Shown piece after piece: positions 1 through 26,295 of a stretch of 64,000 nt of DNA. Numbering within the stretch: the first letter of the stretch is position 1; each line of letters starts with the position of its first letter. The translations under genes and the position numbers were made by a program. Source of the stretch: Fimbriosthenelais zetlandica (taxonomy: Eukaryota); assembly GCA_977030845.1 (NCBI GenBank), contig OZ365118.1:21700001-21764000 (forward strand), written 5' to 3'. The notes below the pieces were generated by a model, which was given only the letters and a program-made list of their open reading frames with translations, did not search any database and was not told where the DNA came from.

Positions 1-1
1 C

Positions 2-505
2 GGTAGAATAGGTAGACGGTGGTGTAAGCTCATGGGCAAAAATGTACATACCAACGACCTCGACATTGATCCTGTCTTACCAGACCAAACATCAGAGACA
101 GGGACAGACAAGAGACAGGAGGAGTCGGAGGACGGGTCCCTGTCCACTGAATCTCTACAGAATCTGTCTGATCAGGAAAGTGGTGATTTTACAAGTGTTG
201 AAAAGGTGGATGACAGTAAGTCAGATGACTGGTGTGCGGATCTGATGCCGGGAGTGGATGGCATCAGTAACACAGCTGTACCTCCTACAGTGTTAGATAA
301 ATGTCCAGTGTTAAGTAACGGTTGCGTTAAAACCAAACTGACAAACTTACCTGATGACATTCACTTACCTGATGACAGTCAAGAGAAGGAAAGACAAGCA
401 GATGAGGTCCCTGCTTGTGAGGAGGACATTGTTCTAGTGTTAGATGACCATGTAAGAACTGACTCTCATACCGGCATCGATAATCCAGGATTTACCGAGG
501 TGTGA
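2..505 (+). CDS. Terminal coding exon (partial, 5' part outside window) of an unidentified, probably membrane, protein with an acidic low-complexity cytoplasmic tail
   Basis: Frame is open from position 2 (GRIGRRWCKLMGKNV...) to TGA at 503-505. The tail is D/E/S-rich and ends IDNPGFTEV*, an NPxF-type motif followed by a class I PDZ-type end (T-E-V). Family not identifiable. Confidence 0.65.
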   Translation, partial: GRIGRRWCKLMGKNVHTNDLDIDPVLPDQTSETGTDKRQEESEDGSLSTESLQNLSDQESGDFTSVEKVDDSKSDDWCADLMPGVDGISNTAVPPTVLDKCPVLSNGCVKTKLTNLPDDIHLPDDSQEKERQADEVPACEEDIVLVLDDHVRTDSHTGIDNPGFTEV

Positions 506-1288
506 TAGGTTCCCAGGATATTATTAAAGGTTAGCATACTTTCTGGCATGACGATTCTTAGGTTAAGTGCATTGTTACTTTAGTCTTAAGTGATAAGAAC
601 TTATAAGTGATAGTGATAAGTTGATAAGGACTACCTCCCGTGGATCCCCCTTCTATAGGGTCATCCCCATAGGACGTAACCCAAACCTAACACTGGAACG
701 TTTTCCTCCTGGGATATAAACTTGGACTGATCATTGTTGCTTTCTATAGTGTTGGTTAAGTATGTGATGACTTTAAGACATTGTACTGTGAATACTCTAT
801 GGATAATATCCAATACAAATATTGGCTTTTCTAGATATCGATTATATATCACTGAGGTTTGACTTTCTCTAGTCTAGTACCAGCATAAGTATATTTAAAT
901 AAGTATTACTCAGTATCAGAGACCTGGAATACTATAGTTACGATGAACTGGCATTTCAACTGTTGACATATGGGAATGTGCTAGAAGCTATTGCTTTAAT
1001 ATTGTAGTCATCTTTCATACAAAGAAAATATACAACTGAAAGTACATTGAAAACTTGACTAATTTTATTACTTCATATCATGACACACACCTTTCTATCA
1101 CCCATACATCTATCAATCTTGGTCCTCAGTTTCCCACAGAAAATAGCTGCCCGGCAGCATGGAAAATATATTACAAATGTATAATGTGTAATTTGTAATT
1201 ACCCTGCTCACACGCTTTTACCATCCAATATAAGTATAAACCACCTATAACAGTAGCACATCCTTCCATACCATATTTAAGTACAGTC

Positions 1289-13587
<12,299 letters not shown>

Positions 13588-14220
13588 CTTGATGGTTTAA
13601 ATCCTCCACGTCCTCTTTATACAAATATCCAGAACTTTCCTTCAGGAGATGTATATTTAAATATGACAATGCACAAGAAATATTCCTTTAATGTTTATTC
13701 CCTTGAAGTTGTCATGATGATTTATATTTCTCCTATAGTGTGTAAGTTTTGTCATTTAAATCCTGGGTATGATCATTTTAGTTTGACAATGATCTGTGTA
13801 AAGTTTGCGTGTTTGTATCCATCGTGCTGGTAGTATGGTGTCCGTACATGAGGCCTACCTTAAGTTGAATGAGAAGCAAGCAGTCATATAAGGCCCTACT
13901 GACTCCTGCTACCCCCCTACCAGCTTCACTAACTTTACCCCCTACCAGCTTCACTAACACAACCTCACTGCTTCACTAAGGCAAAGTCAAAGGTAGGCGA
14001 AGTCCCGAGGGTAAAACACACGAATAGACACCAACAAGGGGTGTTGACAGGGGGTGTAGGAAAGGTGTTAGTTAAGCCAGAAATAAATCGCACCTTTGTC
14101 AATTTAGGGGAGAGTCCATAAAACCATTTAAGGAACGAACACCTTCCTGGGGCCTGTTTCAAAAAGGAATACTAGTAATGATGAGCCTGTGGCTAAATTA
14201 TATTCCTTTTGAAACAGACT

Positions 14221-14302
14221 CCTGATTAGGTCAATAAACAGGCCCTGATTAGGTCAAAACAGGCCCTGATTAGGTCAAAACAGGCCCTGATTAGGTCAAA
14301 AC
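14221..14302. repeat. 21-bp tandem repeat, 4 copies, each containing TAGGTCA
   Basis: caggccctgattaggtcaaaa; AGGTCA at 14228, 14251, 14272, 14293. Confidence 0.9.
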
Positions 14303-15790
14303 AATAAATATTCGTCGAGATGAATTCACATTCATCATCTTCTTATTTAAGTCGGGAAGTGTTATTACGTTCCACATAATGATAATAAGGCTAATATATC
14401 ATCATTTAATTACATTTAATTGATTTGATTTAATTACAGTTAAGTGTTTTGATATTATCTTGACGGAACTGTATGGAATTTCCCCGAATATATTCCCAGT
14501 AGTGGCTTAACAGGTGTAGATGTGTTATGATAAATCACCTACATCTGAAGTCATTAATCATGACCTGTTAATCTTCCTGCTACACCAGGTTTTAAATACT
14601 ACTATTATGGGTTAATTAGCCTTCAACCCGCGTGAAGCCCTTTAATAATCTATCCACCCCCAGAACATCCACCTGTAACCCCCCTTAAGGACATCATGTA
14701 TACTGATTCTTTGTTAATCCAGGTCCAGGTCTTTTATACGCACCTAATGCCTCTCATGTTTCCAGGTTGATTATGGTAGAACTAGAACGGTCACTTATGA
14801 ATGTAGATTCCTCAGAATGATGTTAGATATCAGGCATTTCGAAGTAAAGTCCCTTTTTGTTTTTCGGTCTGAAGGATTTCTAGGGCAGATTATACTGATG
14901 AGGGTGGAGTGGCGGGGGGGGGGGGGGGGGTGATTACATCAGAATCCCTTGGTTCACTATTTGTTCATAAGGCTAAATTATTAAGTATTTCTTAATACAT
15001 TTCCTTATCGATTTAAGTCATAACTTGTCTGTTGCATTGTTACAAATATCATACATGTTCCTATCAGTTGATGATCGTGATTGATAAAGTGAAATGAGGT
15101 GAGAAGATTTAATCATCTGTTACATCTGACAATGCCTTCATGAAATCCCAGAAATTGAGATTTAAACTGCAGCAGTTTGAAGTGCTATGATCGTCCAGAT
15201 ATAGGCTAATCTTAGGCTAATGGTTTCTAAGTATCTCCATAGAGGTGTACACCTCTACGGTTTCTCTGGTGTGAATATCCTTTATCACAAGTTTGTAAGG
15301 CTTGAGCTGATCCATCAACCGTGCGTTTAAATCGCTTTCTTTGGTAGTTTGTGATGATGATGAGTTATCTTGCCCCGCTTACAGATGTTTTATTATTCTC
15401 CTGCTACCACTGACAGGTGACGTCTGTGCTATACACTTTTAAGACCTTTGGCAATATTTATTTGGGAGGAATTTGTTGATGGAAAGTTGCAGCATGCATG
15501 GTTGAGTCCCCCACGACATACACCCTCAAGCCCCAACCAAATGAGTGCTAGAAATTATAGGAATGTACACTACTGAGAGATACAGAGAAATGTAAGAATA
15601 TGATCATAATGATCTGAAATATACAGATATGAACTTTCTCCATTGTAATAGGAGACATTGGATACATTTGCCTCTCTTATAAAGCACTCATTCATCTCTT
15701 TTTTACCTTCCTCATGCTCGTTTGCCTTTGCGTATTTACCTGAGAAATATCTAGAGGTATTGCCATGTTTTTCTGTGGTTCACTAAGTTT

Positions 15791-15910
15791 TGGTGAGTAC
15801 TGTAGTTCATGGTAGATACACTAATATTGTGGTGAGTACTGTAGTTCATGGTACATACACTAATATTGTGGTGAGTACTGTAGTTCATGGTACATACACT
15901 AATATTGTGG
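15791..15910. repeat. 39-bp tandem repeat, 3 copies
   Basis: tggtgagtactgtagttcatggtacatacactaatattg x3. Confidence 0.92.
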
Positions 15911-18369
15911 ATCTCGCACCTAATTTGGTAAGTCACGCAGGGCAGGAGATAAACACCTCCAGTTTGTGTGATTTCTTGTTGACGAGCAAGTGTCCATCAT
16001 GCTATACTACCTCCACAAATGACGCCGTCAATATACAAACCTCTGTTATCATAGCTGGCTCCATAATGATTCATTAACATCAGGTTCATCCTCATTCATA
16101 CCACTCACTGTCATTAATGACTTAATGTGCTTCATTAGATCATTATTAGCACAAATATGACAGATGTGAGATCAAAACAGATTAGAGAAATCAACCCCGG
16201 ACTTTAATATAATAATTAGAAATTACTATTGAATGACCTTTCTTATCATAGGAAATCCATTCCATTTTCTTCTTAATTAAAAAACAGCAGCTGACCAATT
16301 TATAACTCAAACTGTTGAACATTAAAGGAAATGTAACTAGAAGATATATATTATAGGAAATGTCATAATTTTATTACTCCTCTTTTGCTGTGAAATGTTT
16401 GTTCTTATGTTTGTTGACTTGACGTTGAGTAATCAGGATGTTTGTTTGTAAAGAAGTTGAGGATGTTTGTAAGATAAAGACGCTCCAGTTGTTGTCAGGT
16501 ATGTGGCGTTTGGCAGCGTCAATGGTAACATTTCAACTGTTACTTAACTTTAATTCGTCTCAATGTGTGTAGAAACCTGTTTATCGTCTTGGCTGGTGTC
16601 ATCTATTCATCTTTACCTCAATTACTGTCACTTAGACCTGATTTACACGGATCACTCTTCTTTAAGGTTGAGGGGTGCGTCATCAGAAGTTGGGGGGGGG
16701 GGGGGGGTCCGTGGGGACGACCAGCTGGGGTGGAGGGCTTTGGTGAAATAGTAATTTTGGAGGGTCACTGAACTGTGTTGGCTTGACTTTGGAGGGATAA
16801 ACCCCTGAGCACCCCCTCCAAAATCATGATGGGATGGACGTGGGCTTGAGCCCCAACCCCCTTCTGTCCCATACTGTGTGGTGATATCTAAACATGGGAT
16901 TGTACTTGTCGCCATGTGATTAAAAATCCATTCATTCTTGTCAGTGAAGATCAGGCTAGCGGACACCCGGCGCTCCCATTATGGGAAACTTTCAATGTGA
17001 TTCCCTCATGCCATTTTACTCGTTACTATTACTTACCCATTATGTAATTGATTAATTAAATACTATTCAAATTAAATTGTACACATTTCCCCCCAGTATC
17101 ACTGTGTCATTGTATAGCCTATGACATATGAATTCCAACAAGCGATTTTTAATAACTTTTATTGAAGAAATATTCCTTTTTGGGGCTGTGGTATTTATGC
17201 TTTCAACAAACGCTTCTTAATAACTCTTATTGGATTATTTCAATAAGAAGTATAGGAGGTTGTGATGATTAATAAGTTAGTAACTCATTATAAGTTTAGT
17301 TATCGTGAAGGAGGTGCTGTGATGGGGCTCACCGCATGCCGGATTCGATCCTACCATCTCGGTCCCATCATAACTAGAGCAACTGACGCGGTGTCAGCGC
17401 CTACTTCACGATATCAAACTTTTGATTCTCAAATAATAAACGGCTTTAAGATCTGGCCAAACATATCCGAAAGTTTCTTAGTGAATTTTCATGTTGGATT
17501 TTGGATTGCCAAACAGTAAAAGACATTCAAATCTGGCCTAAAATATGTTGGTAAAAGTAATTTGAATGATCAATTTTGAATTTAGTTATTATAGATTGAG
17601 AAAATGCCTCAAAATCTGAGGTAAAATGATTTAAATGTTGATGATAATCTATACACGGACACCACGTGGACATATCTATCTCTGAGCAGAAGCCGAAATG
17701 CTCAATGATCAGGAAATGTGCAGGTCTAAATAAACTCAGCCACTCGAATTTCAATGAATTTCAATGAATTTGATTAGAATTTAGATATGCTGAGCTGAGT
17801 TTAAAGATACATATGTCCAAAAATTTTGAAGAATTTACACAAGAATTTAATTACTTTAGATAGGCTTTTTAGAGTGATTTTGATTTTGAAAATGGATTTG
17901 TTATTTCATCATCCATTTACCAGGATGGATTTCAAAACTTTTCCAGAAATATTTTATATCATATCATATGATATTTTGGTCCTGAATTATTTAGCTTATA
18001 AGGATTACCTTTTTACTGTTTATCTCCACCTTTGGATTTCTTCCTTTATCCTTTAATCTCTTCCCGATCCTTGAAAAGCTAATAAGTAGTTTACTTGCCA
18101 GTGGGTGATATAGGAGGTTTGTCTTACCCAGTATACTCCAGTATTGGTGGGGAGGGCACTGATCAGTGAGAACACCAACAACCATGGATAACCCATGGTG
18201 TTCAAGTATCACATTATTTCCACATGGATAATGGTCTCTTGGTCCTGTTAGCCTTGTTCTGGACCAGTTTTTCCTATAGACATTGGAGATAAACTTTAAA
18301 GTGCTGGTGGGATGCATCATTGTTTCTACTTTCCATTATTCATAATTCCACATGTAGTTTTGGGCATTT

Positions 18370-19090
18370 TACCTTGGTTTCTTTGCTGTTAACAGCAATG
18401 GGTCTTGAGGATGTCTCTTGGTTTCTTTGTTGGGGACAGCATTAGGTCTTGGGGTAATGTCTTGGGGCTTCCTTTACTATGACAAGCAATAGGTACTGGG
18501 GAATTCTGCATTGGTGTCTTTGCTGCAAAGAGCAGTATGTCATGGGGTAACGTTATGGGGCTTTGCTATGACAAGCAATAGGTCTTGGGGTAATGTCTTG
18601 GGGCTTCCTTTGTTGTGACAAGCAATAGGTACTGGGGAATTCTGCATTGGTGTCTTTGCTGCAAAGAGCAGTATGTCATGGGGTAACGTTATGGGGCTTT
18701 GCTATGACAAGCAATAGGTCTTGGCGAATTCTGCATTGGTTTCATTGCTGTGAACAGCAATTGGTTTTGGGGGGATGTCACTTGGCTTGTTTGTTAGGAA
18801 CGACAGTAGGTCGTGGGGAATACTTTAGCAAGGTCTTCAGTGACTATCTTGGCTGTGAAATGCAATGCTTTAGGTCAGGGAGTAAATGTCTGTTGGTTTC
18901 TTTGTTGGGAACAACAGTATGTATTAGGGGAACCTTTTTGACTTTATTTGCTGCAAAAAGCAATAGGCCTTGGGAAACAGCAATGGGTCTCGGGAAATTC
19001 TTTAGATTCTTTGCTATGAAAAGCAATAGATCTTGGAGAATTCTGCCTTGGATTGTTTGATTCCTTGGCTGTGAGAAGCAATAGGTCTCA
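18370..19090. repeat. Degenerate ~40-bp satellite built on TTGC-N8-GCAA-taggtcttggg, block 1
   Basis: Recurrent ttgctgtgaaaagcaataggtcttggg-type units, with an internal longer duplication (about 18460-18600 vs 18600-18720). Confidence 0.8.
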
Positions 19091-19604
19091 GTGTTTGAGA
19101 ATACATTGGGATGTGATATTTGTATCTTCATTCATTTAGTACTTTCTTTGGCCTTTGAATATACCACACAGAAAAAGCGTAAAATCGTTATAAAATAGTG
19201 TGAAAGTGTGCCTAACTATTGCTTAATAAGGTCTAGTAATACTTACAGCTGACATTGAGCTGAAATAAATCATTTATCACCTCCTAAAAGGGTCAAGTTA
19301 CACCAGTCACTGAGTTAAACGACTTGGTGAACGTTAAAGATTGGGTAAAAGGAAGCTAAGAGAAGGTATTAAGCTGCTAAGACACACAGAGTTAAGCTAG
19401 GGCGCCCCGAACATGCAGTTTATCACACCTATCTCAGTGAACTTCCTTACCTCAAAACATGAGTATGTGCATCAAACAAAATGCTAAAACCAGTATCAAG
19501 CATATTTCCAAAATCATGAGCAGATGATTTTAAACTTATAAATCATTTTAAAATCTCCCTCCTAATCAAAGCATATCTATAGCCATTCCGGTCCTATTAT
19601 TCCA

Positions 19605-21540
19605 GTGTGCATGGATTATCACATTGTCCTATATTAGATTACATTTGTGAGTTGGAAAAAAAATTATAGAAAGCATATTTGTGCATGAATCGTTTGTGGT
19701 GAGTCAATATTGAAATGATAGGAACTTAAGCATCTGGGTGTCGTGTAGGAAGGGGTAGTAGTGATACCTATGACATGAAAACAGTGTACAAAACTGAAGA
19801 ATGAGACAATTATTCACCAAGACGGGGCATGAAGTGAGGAACAATCCCACACATGATGTCAAACATGCATTTAATTAACTCAATGTTTCCCTGTACCATC
19901 AAATATAAGGTTAGACACGACATGCATTTATATATATTAACCCTTCTATAGAGTTTACTGGGAGGATTTTCCACAAATGAAACACAAAATGATGTAAATG
20001 TCAGTAACCATCTTAGGTGGCGATGGGTGTACACTACAAACTGAAACTGAACTATAATCTACTAAAAACTTATTATTGTAATTAGTGATTCAAGACAGTT
20101 CTACTCCCAGTTCAAGAAAGGGTGAAAATAACCTACAAAGCTCCTTGATCAGTAGACATTGAAAAAAGATTCACATGAGTACCTGAGCAACTGAAAGTCT
20201 AATAGATTAACTGAACAGAAGTTTTTTTCATTAGGCACAAAATCAACAGGTTGTTGTGATGATTATTTATCAAGCTACTTCTCATTATTATTTGTTCTGA
20301 AATCAAAATCATACCCATCTTAAATTTAGTACAAGCCAGACCCATTTCCAGGTAATTCTCTTGCGTGAAAAGTTTCCTATAACAAGTGAAATTATTCCAA
20401 TACAAACATTCAACGTTAGTAACACGAGGTGACCACCCCAACTTATGTGATAGGCTCTCAATGCCAGTTAGTCTTACTCTGGAAGGGCAATACTAGACTT
20501 GCTGAACAAGCTTCAGAGTTGTTACTATCATTTTAGTCTCATACAAATGTCATTCTCCATTCCCAGCACCAAAATTATGACCTATCTCAAGGTATAAAAC
20601 TATGCCATATCTGAACCCTAGGATGAAACATTCTTGAGCATTTCTTGTACAATTCACAATCCTATTTCATAAATAATATCATGCTTTTCCATTCAATTCA
20701 CACTAGAATTCACCATGACCATGTGTTAATATTCAGAACATCATTAATTTATGTTTAAAAACAGCTACTGTCACCTAATACGTCAAGTAAAGACTAACAT
20801 AGAATGAGATAGTGTTCTAACTCAGGGTAAAACAGAACCAAGGTCGAAGCTTAAAATATTATATTATTCAGTGTCTAGAATTTACCCAACATAACATCGT
20901 TATTTTTGTTTGAAAAATCATTACTCTCATAAACCACTCAAGCCAAGTCTAAAATAGAGATGAGATAGATCGAGTTCTAATTCAGGGTAAAACAGAACCA
21001 AGGTTCAAGCTTAGAATAGTATAATTATTCATGTATTATTCAGTGTCTATGATTTACCGAACATAACATGGCTATTTATATTTTAAAAACCACTACTCTC
21101 ACCCAAAACATCAAGTCAACTCTAAAATAGAAAATTAATCAGATCGTGCTCAAAGCATCAAGTAAAGACTACAACAGGATCAGATCGTACTCGAGGTAAA
21201 ACTCAACAAAGGTCTAATTTTAAAATATTATATCAAACCAGTACATTATAAAGACATTGAGCCCCAGTCAAACAAAGAAATGACATTAGCAAACCCAGGT
21301 GTGTGTCATAGTATGATTAAAGTTGGCAAAGCGTCACGATCATTTTGAATTCTATAGCTTAGAATTAATCAATTATAGAAAAACCCATTACCAGCTAATC
21401 TGAAATAGTAGAATTCAGTATCTACAATCTTATGAAAAGATTCTGACAGGAGAGTTAAAAATCACTCTGGTAGAATCTTGAACTAGAAACATTCTAATTA
21501 ATACAAACAGAAAACCGACAAGCAAGATATCAAGCATACA
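19605..21540. repeat. Segmental direct duplication, copy 1
   Basis: Colinear with 22035-23595 from ggattatcacatt... to aaaaccgacaag...atcaagcat. Confidence 0.93.
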
Positions 21541-21559
21541 GTAGTGGTGGCAGATTTCT

Positions 21560-22010
21560 TGGGTTTTTTTTAGCGGTGAAAGGCAAGTTCTTGATGGAAT
21601 ATCCTGTTGTTTCTTTGCGGTGAATAGCAATAGATCTTTGGGCGAGGGGTGAGGGCAGTAGTAGGTCTTGGGAGAATCATTTTGTGTTCCTTCCTGTGAA
21701 AGGCAATAGGTCAGGTGGAAATGTCTCTTTGTTATGTCAAGCAAGGTTTTCAGGGTAGGTCCCTTGGAATCTTTGCTATGAAAAGCAATAGGTTTTGGGG
21801 AGTACTGACTTTGATTCTTTGCTGTTAACAGCAATAGGCCTTGGGAAACAGCAATGGGTCCTGGGGACATCTGCCCTGGATTATTTTGCTGGGAACAGCA
21901 ATGTGTCTCGGGGAAATGTCCCTTGGTTTCTTTGCTGTGAAAAGCAATAGCTCTTGGGGAGTTCTGCCTTGGATTCTTTGCTGTGAAAAACAATAGGACT
22001 TTGGGGATTT
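21560..22010. repeat. Degenerate TTGC-N8-GCAA satellite, block 2
   Basis: Same motif family as 18370-19090, in the equivalent position ahead of duplication copy 2. Confidence 0.8.
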
Positions 22011-22034
22011 CTTTCTTAGCTTATGCCAGTGCGC

Positions 22035-23595
22035 AGGGATTATCACATTTTCCTGTATTAGATTATATTTGTGAGTTAGGAAAACAATTTGTAGAAAGCA
22101 TATTTGTGCATGAATCGTTTGTAGTGATAAAAGTAACTTAAGCATCTGGGTGTCAGGTAGGAAGGGGTAGAAGTGATACCTATGACATGAAAACAGTGAA
22201 GAAAACTGAAGAATGAGACAATTATTCACCAAGACAAGGCATGAAGTGAGAAACAATCCCACACATGATGACAAACATGCATTTAATTAACTCAATGTTT
22301 CCCTGTACCATCAAATATAAGGTTAGACACGACATGCATTTATATATATTAACCCTTATATAGAGTTTACTGGGAGGATTTTCCACAAATGAAACACAAA
22401 ATGATGTTGTAAATGTCAGTAACCATCTTAGGTGGCAATGGGTGTACACTACACTGAACTATAATGGACTAAAAACTTCACATTATTGTCATTAGTGATT
22501 CAAGACATTCCTACTCCCATTTCAAGAAAGGGTGAAAATAACCTGCAAATTTATAAAGCTCCTTGATCAGTAATAATTAAGAAAAGATTCACACGAGTAC
22601 CTGAGCAACTGAAAGAGTCTAATAGATTATTTGAACAGAAGATTTTTCATTAGGCTTCAGAGTTGTTACTATCATTTTAGTCTCATACAAATGTCATTCT
22701 CCATTCCCAGCACCAAAAATATTGACCTACCTCCAGGTACAAAACTATGCCATATCTGAACCCTAGGATGAAACATTCTTGAGCATATCTTGCACAATTC
22801 ACAATCCTATTTCATAAATAATATCATGCTTTTCCATTCAATTCACACTAAAATTCACCATGAACTTTTGTTAATATTCAGGACATCATTAATTTATGTT
22901 TAAAAAACGACTACTCTCACCCAAAACGTCAAGTAAAGACTAACATAGAATGAGATAGTGTTCTAACTCAGGGTAAAACAGAACCAAAGTCGAAGCTTAA
23001 AATATTGTATTATTCAGTGTCTAGGATTTACCCAACATAACATCGTTATTTCTGTTTGAAAAAACACTACTCTCACCCAAAACATCAAGTCAATTCTAAA
23101 ATAGAGAAGGAATCAGATCGTACTCAAAACATCAAGTAAAGTCTACAATAGGATCAGATTGTAATCGTGGTAAAACTGAACAAAGGCCTTAACTTAAAAT
23201 ATTATACTCGAGGTAAAACTGAACAAAGATCTAATCTTAAAATATTATATCATTTTAGAAAAAGTCTCATGATCAAGACATTGAGCCCCAGTCAAACAAA
23301 GAAATGGCATTAGCATATTCAGGTGTGTGTCATGGTATAAGTAATTTAAAGTTGGCAAAGCGTCACGATCTATTTAAATTCAATAGCTTGGAATTAATCA
23401 ATTATAGAAAAAAACCATTACCAGCTAGTCTGAAATAGTAGAACAGAGTATCTACTGTCTTAATGATCTAGATGTTATTACCAAGTAATGTGTATAAAAA
23501 GAGCCTGACAGGAGACTTAAAAATCACTCTGGTAGAATCTAGAACTAGCAATATTCTAATTATTACAAACAAAAAACCGACAAGATACCAAGCAT
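22035..23595. repeat. Segmental direct duplication, copy 2 (with internal deletions)
   Basis: Matches 19605-21540 but lacks the equivalent of about 20240-20510 and differs around 20930-21050. Confidence 0.93.
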
Positions 23596-24221
23596 GTGGT
23601 GTTAAAATGTGTACAGCCCCCAACCAGAAAGCACAAATTATTACAGACAAATGGTGGTCAAACAACTATAGGTTCTTCATCACGATATGTAAAGATATCT
23701 TTAAATAACCAGGTGATTATGATCATTGAGAACAGTGACAAACGCTCAGAGTATGCATGATGGTCAATGTATGTACAGATTGAGACGAAAGTTGGAATTG
23801 AAAGTAGATTACTACAAGAAAGCAAACATGAACGTGCTGTATAACATAGATGACAAAGACTTGGTTTGGTAAAGGTATTCAGGGAATCAGGCAAATGTTA
23901 TGATACTAAAAGTAGGCATTATACAGACCCAAAGGTGTACCTGTTTAGCTTAAAAAACTTATTAAACAAAAAGTAACAATCGTTCACAAGATTTTGCTTA
24001 GAATTTAGTTTGTTGGTAAATGGAATTGTTTTAAAGCAGATGGTCAAACCTAGTGACATTTGAGATGTGATTAAGAAAGAAATCAGAGAATACTTGCATA
24101 TAACTTAGTGTGCTGGTAAATGGTTTTAAAGCAGATGCTGATGGTCAAACCTATACTCAGGTAATATTGAGGTAACAAAACAAGCCAGGAAGCACTAAAT
24201 GACAGATTAGTCGATTAAGGA

Positions 24222-24506
24222 CTCCACTATTGCGATATGGTTGTGATATGTATCGACAGCCCATCGTAACAGGTATAGTTATCGCAAAGTCTCGCTATGG
24301 GTTTATGATAATTCTGACACAGGTCAGGTTTATCTCGCATATATTCAGTTTTAAACTATACAAATCGCACGTCGCTAAGTATGCGTCATATCGCAATACA
24401 CAGAGTGGGCTCCCAGTAGTCGGGGCGTTCTCTATTCTATTTACGATTTCTAAAATACAAATGTAACGCATGCGAGACATATCACATACATATCACAGTA
24501 GTGGAG
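24222..24506. mobile_element. MITE-like element with ~34-bp terminal inverted repeats
   Basis: Left ctccactattgcgatatggttgtgatatgtatcg vs reverse complement of right end ctccactactgtgatatgtatgtgatatgtctcg (5 mismatches). CpG-rich non-coding interior. No clear TSD. Confidence 0.65.
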
Positions 24507-26295
24507 GCTCATCTTTAGGGTGAATGCAGATCTTAAAGTGTCCTTTAAATTATCTCACAGGTAGATAATAATAATAAAGCATTAACCTCCAATATTGAAG
24601 AGAAATATAGACATAGAAATTGAAGCACATCAAATTTATGAATTCACTTTGTGGTAAAACGTTTGACAAGACAAACAAGTATGAGATTAGGTAATGAAAT
24701 AATATCTAAATGGATGACTGCGCATCAGTGATAAAAGGTCAAGATAGGAACCCCTGTTAATAAAGATCTCAATAATAGAGACTCAGAATAAAGCAGTGAT
24801 TAATATATTGACACAGGGGATAGTCAGATAGTCACGATAGTGAGAACATGTTAAGATTCCTAAAAGATACGGTTTAACAACTTAGTGAACTAAAATACCA
24901 TGGTACTTCATTCCATTAAAAGTATAACGCATGAAAAAGTAAGCTTTCAATTGGTGAATGAAACATAACATTTAGTCCTAGTCTAAGCTCTAACAACAAG
25001 GCTTTCTACTTACATTTGCAAGACAAGAACCCATTTTCCACACCAAAGAACAGGTTTCCCACACTAAAGTAAGGTATTGACAAGTGTAGACATGAAAAAA
25101 AATCAATAAAAGCAGATAATTATGTTAAATAGTGAAGATGCAAAAAGGAACTGATCCATTATTTTAGGATAAGGACAATAAAAAGCCAGTTATGATATAG
25201 TAAAGCACCTTATAGGATTAAAAACAGTATGATGACCTGTCAACAGACATTGGAAATACACTTAATACTTATTATACCTGATGTTATGACAAGAATGGCT
25301 GTTAAGAGATGATATAAAACATCTTTACGAGGGGATTTTTACTACATTGGGGAAACACAGATTAAGATGGAATATACAAAGCATAAGTATTTGCATAACA
25401 ACACTTTAGAACTTAGCTAATATTATAGCTTGTGGAAAAATATGATTCTGTCGGTGATTGGTAATTAATTGAGAAACCTTGAGTAATTCAGTAATATTGA
25501 AAGCTTATATAATAGCTCATGAAAGTGGTTTTTGCTGACAATGTGATGTTTGATTCAACACGATATTAGTTGAGGAATGTGCAGTCATTCAGGAATGTTC
25601 AGTAATTCAGTATTGCTGAGGTACATTGGTGTAATATTGCTTTGAATGGCAGGTCTTTTTACAGTAGATTTGAGCACTGTTTTGTATACGATCTCTCAGA
25701 TTTAAGTGATTCTTAAAGCACAGTATAGGTGGAGACATTGGGATTGGAATTCTGGATGGGATGTTTACCTTGGATGATCAAGTGAAAGATGAATCAATGT
25801 AAATGAATGTCAGAATGTGAAGTCCTCATGGAATGTATACAGGGAAGGGTAGAAATCCTCATGACATGTTTACAGGGAAGGGTTGAATTCTTTCAAAAAT
25901 GAAGAAAATGTTTCCCAGGTGTAGCCCCAATCAAGCTCTTGGTACAGTCAGAAAAAAAAACTTAAATCTTGTTAACTTAGGTTAAACACTTCAATACTTA
26001 ATTGTTTGCCTAATGTTTAAGGTTTGCATATGTATCAGCTAACAGTTTTTCATGGTTCAAACTTGATCCACCGGATCTAAAACTAACATCAATACATCCC
26101 AACTGTTACCTAGTCAATTCCATACTACCCATTTGAACACCAATACATTTAGTTACCATTACGTTTTGTTTTGATGTTTATCCATTTCAAAATTGACACT
26201 TTCGATATGAACAAAGATACAATATACCTTTACTTTGACAAGTAAAATTGGATAATTTATGTAAAACGTTATAACATTTTCTTTTCTCTTTACAG

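Noticed and set aside
17320-17380. tRNA gene or small hairpin (ggattcgatcc core; similar gacgggtttgaacccgtc at about 51815)
   Set aside because: Only a T-arm-like stem; no A box, anticodon arm or acceptor stem.
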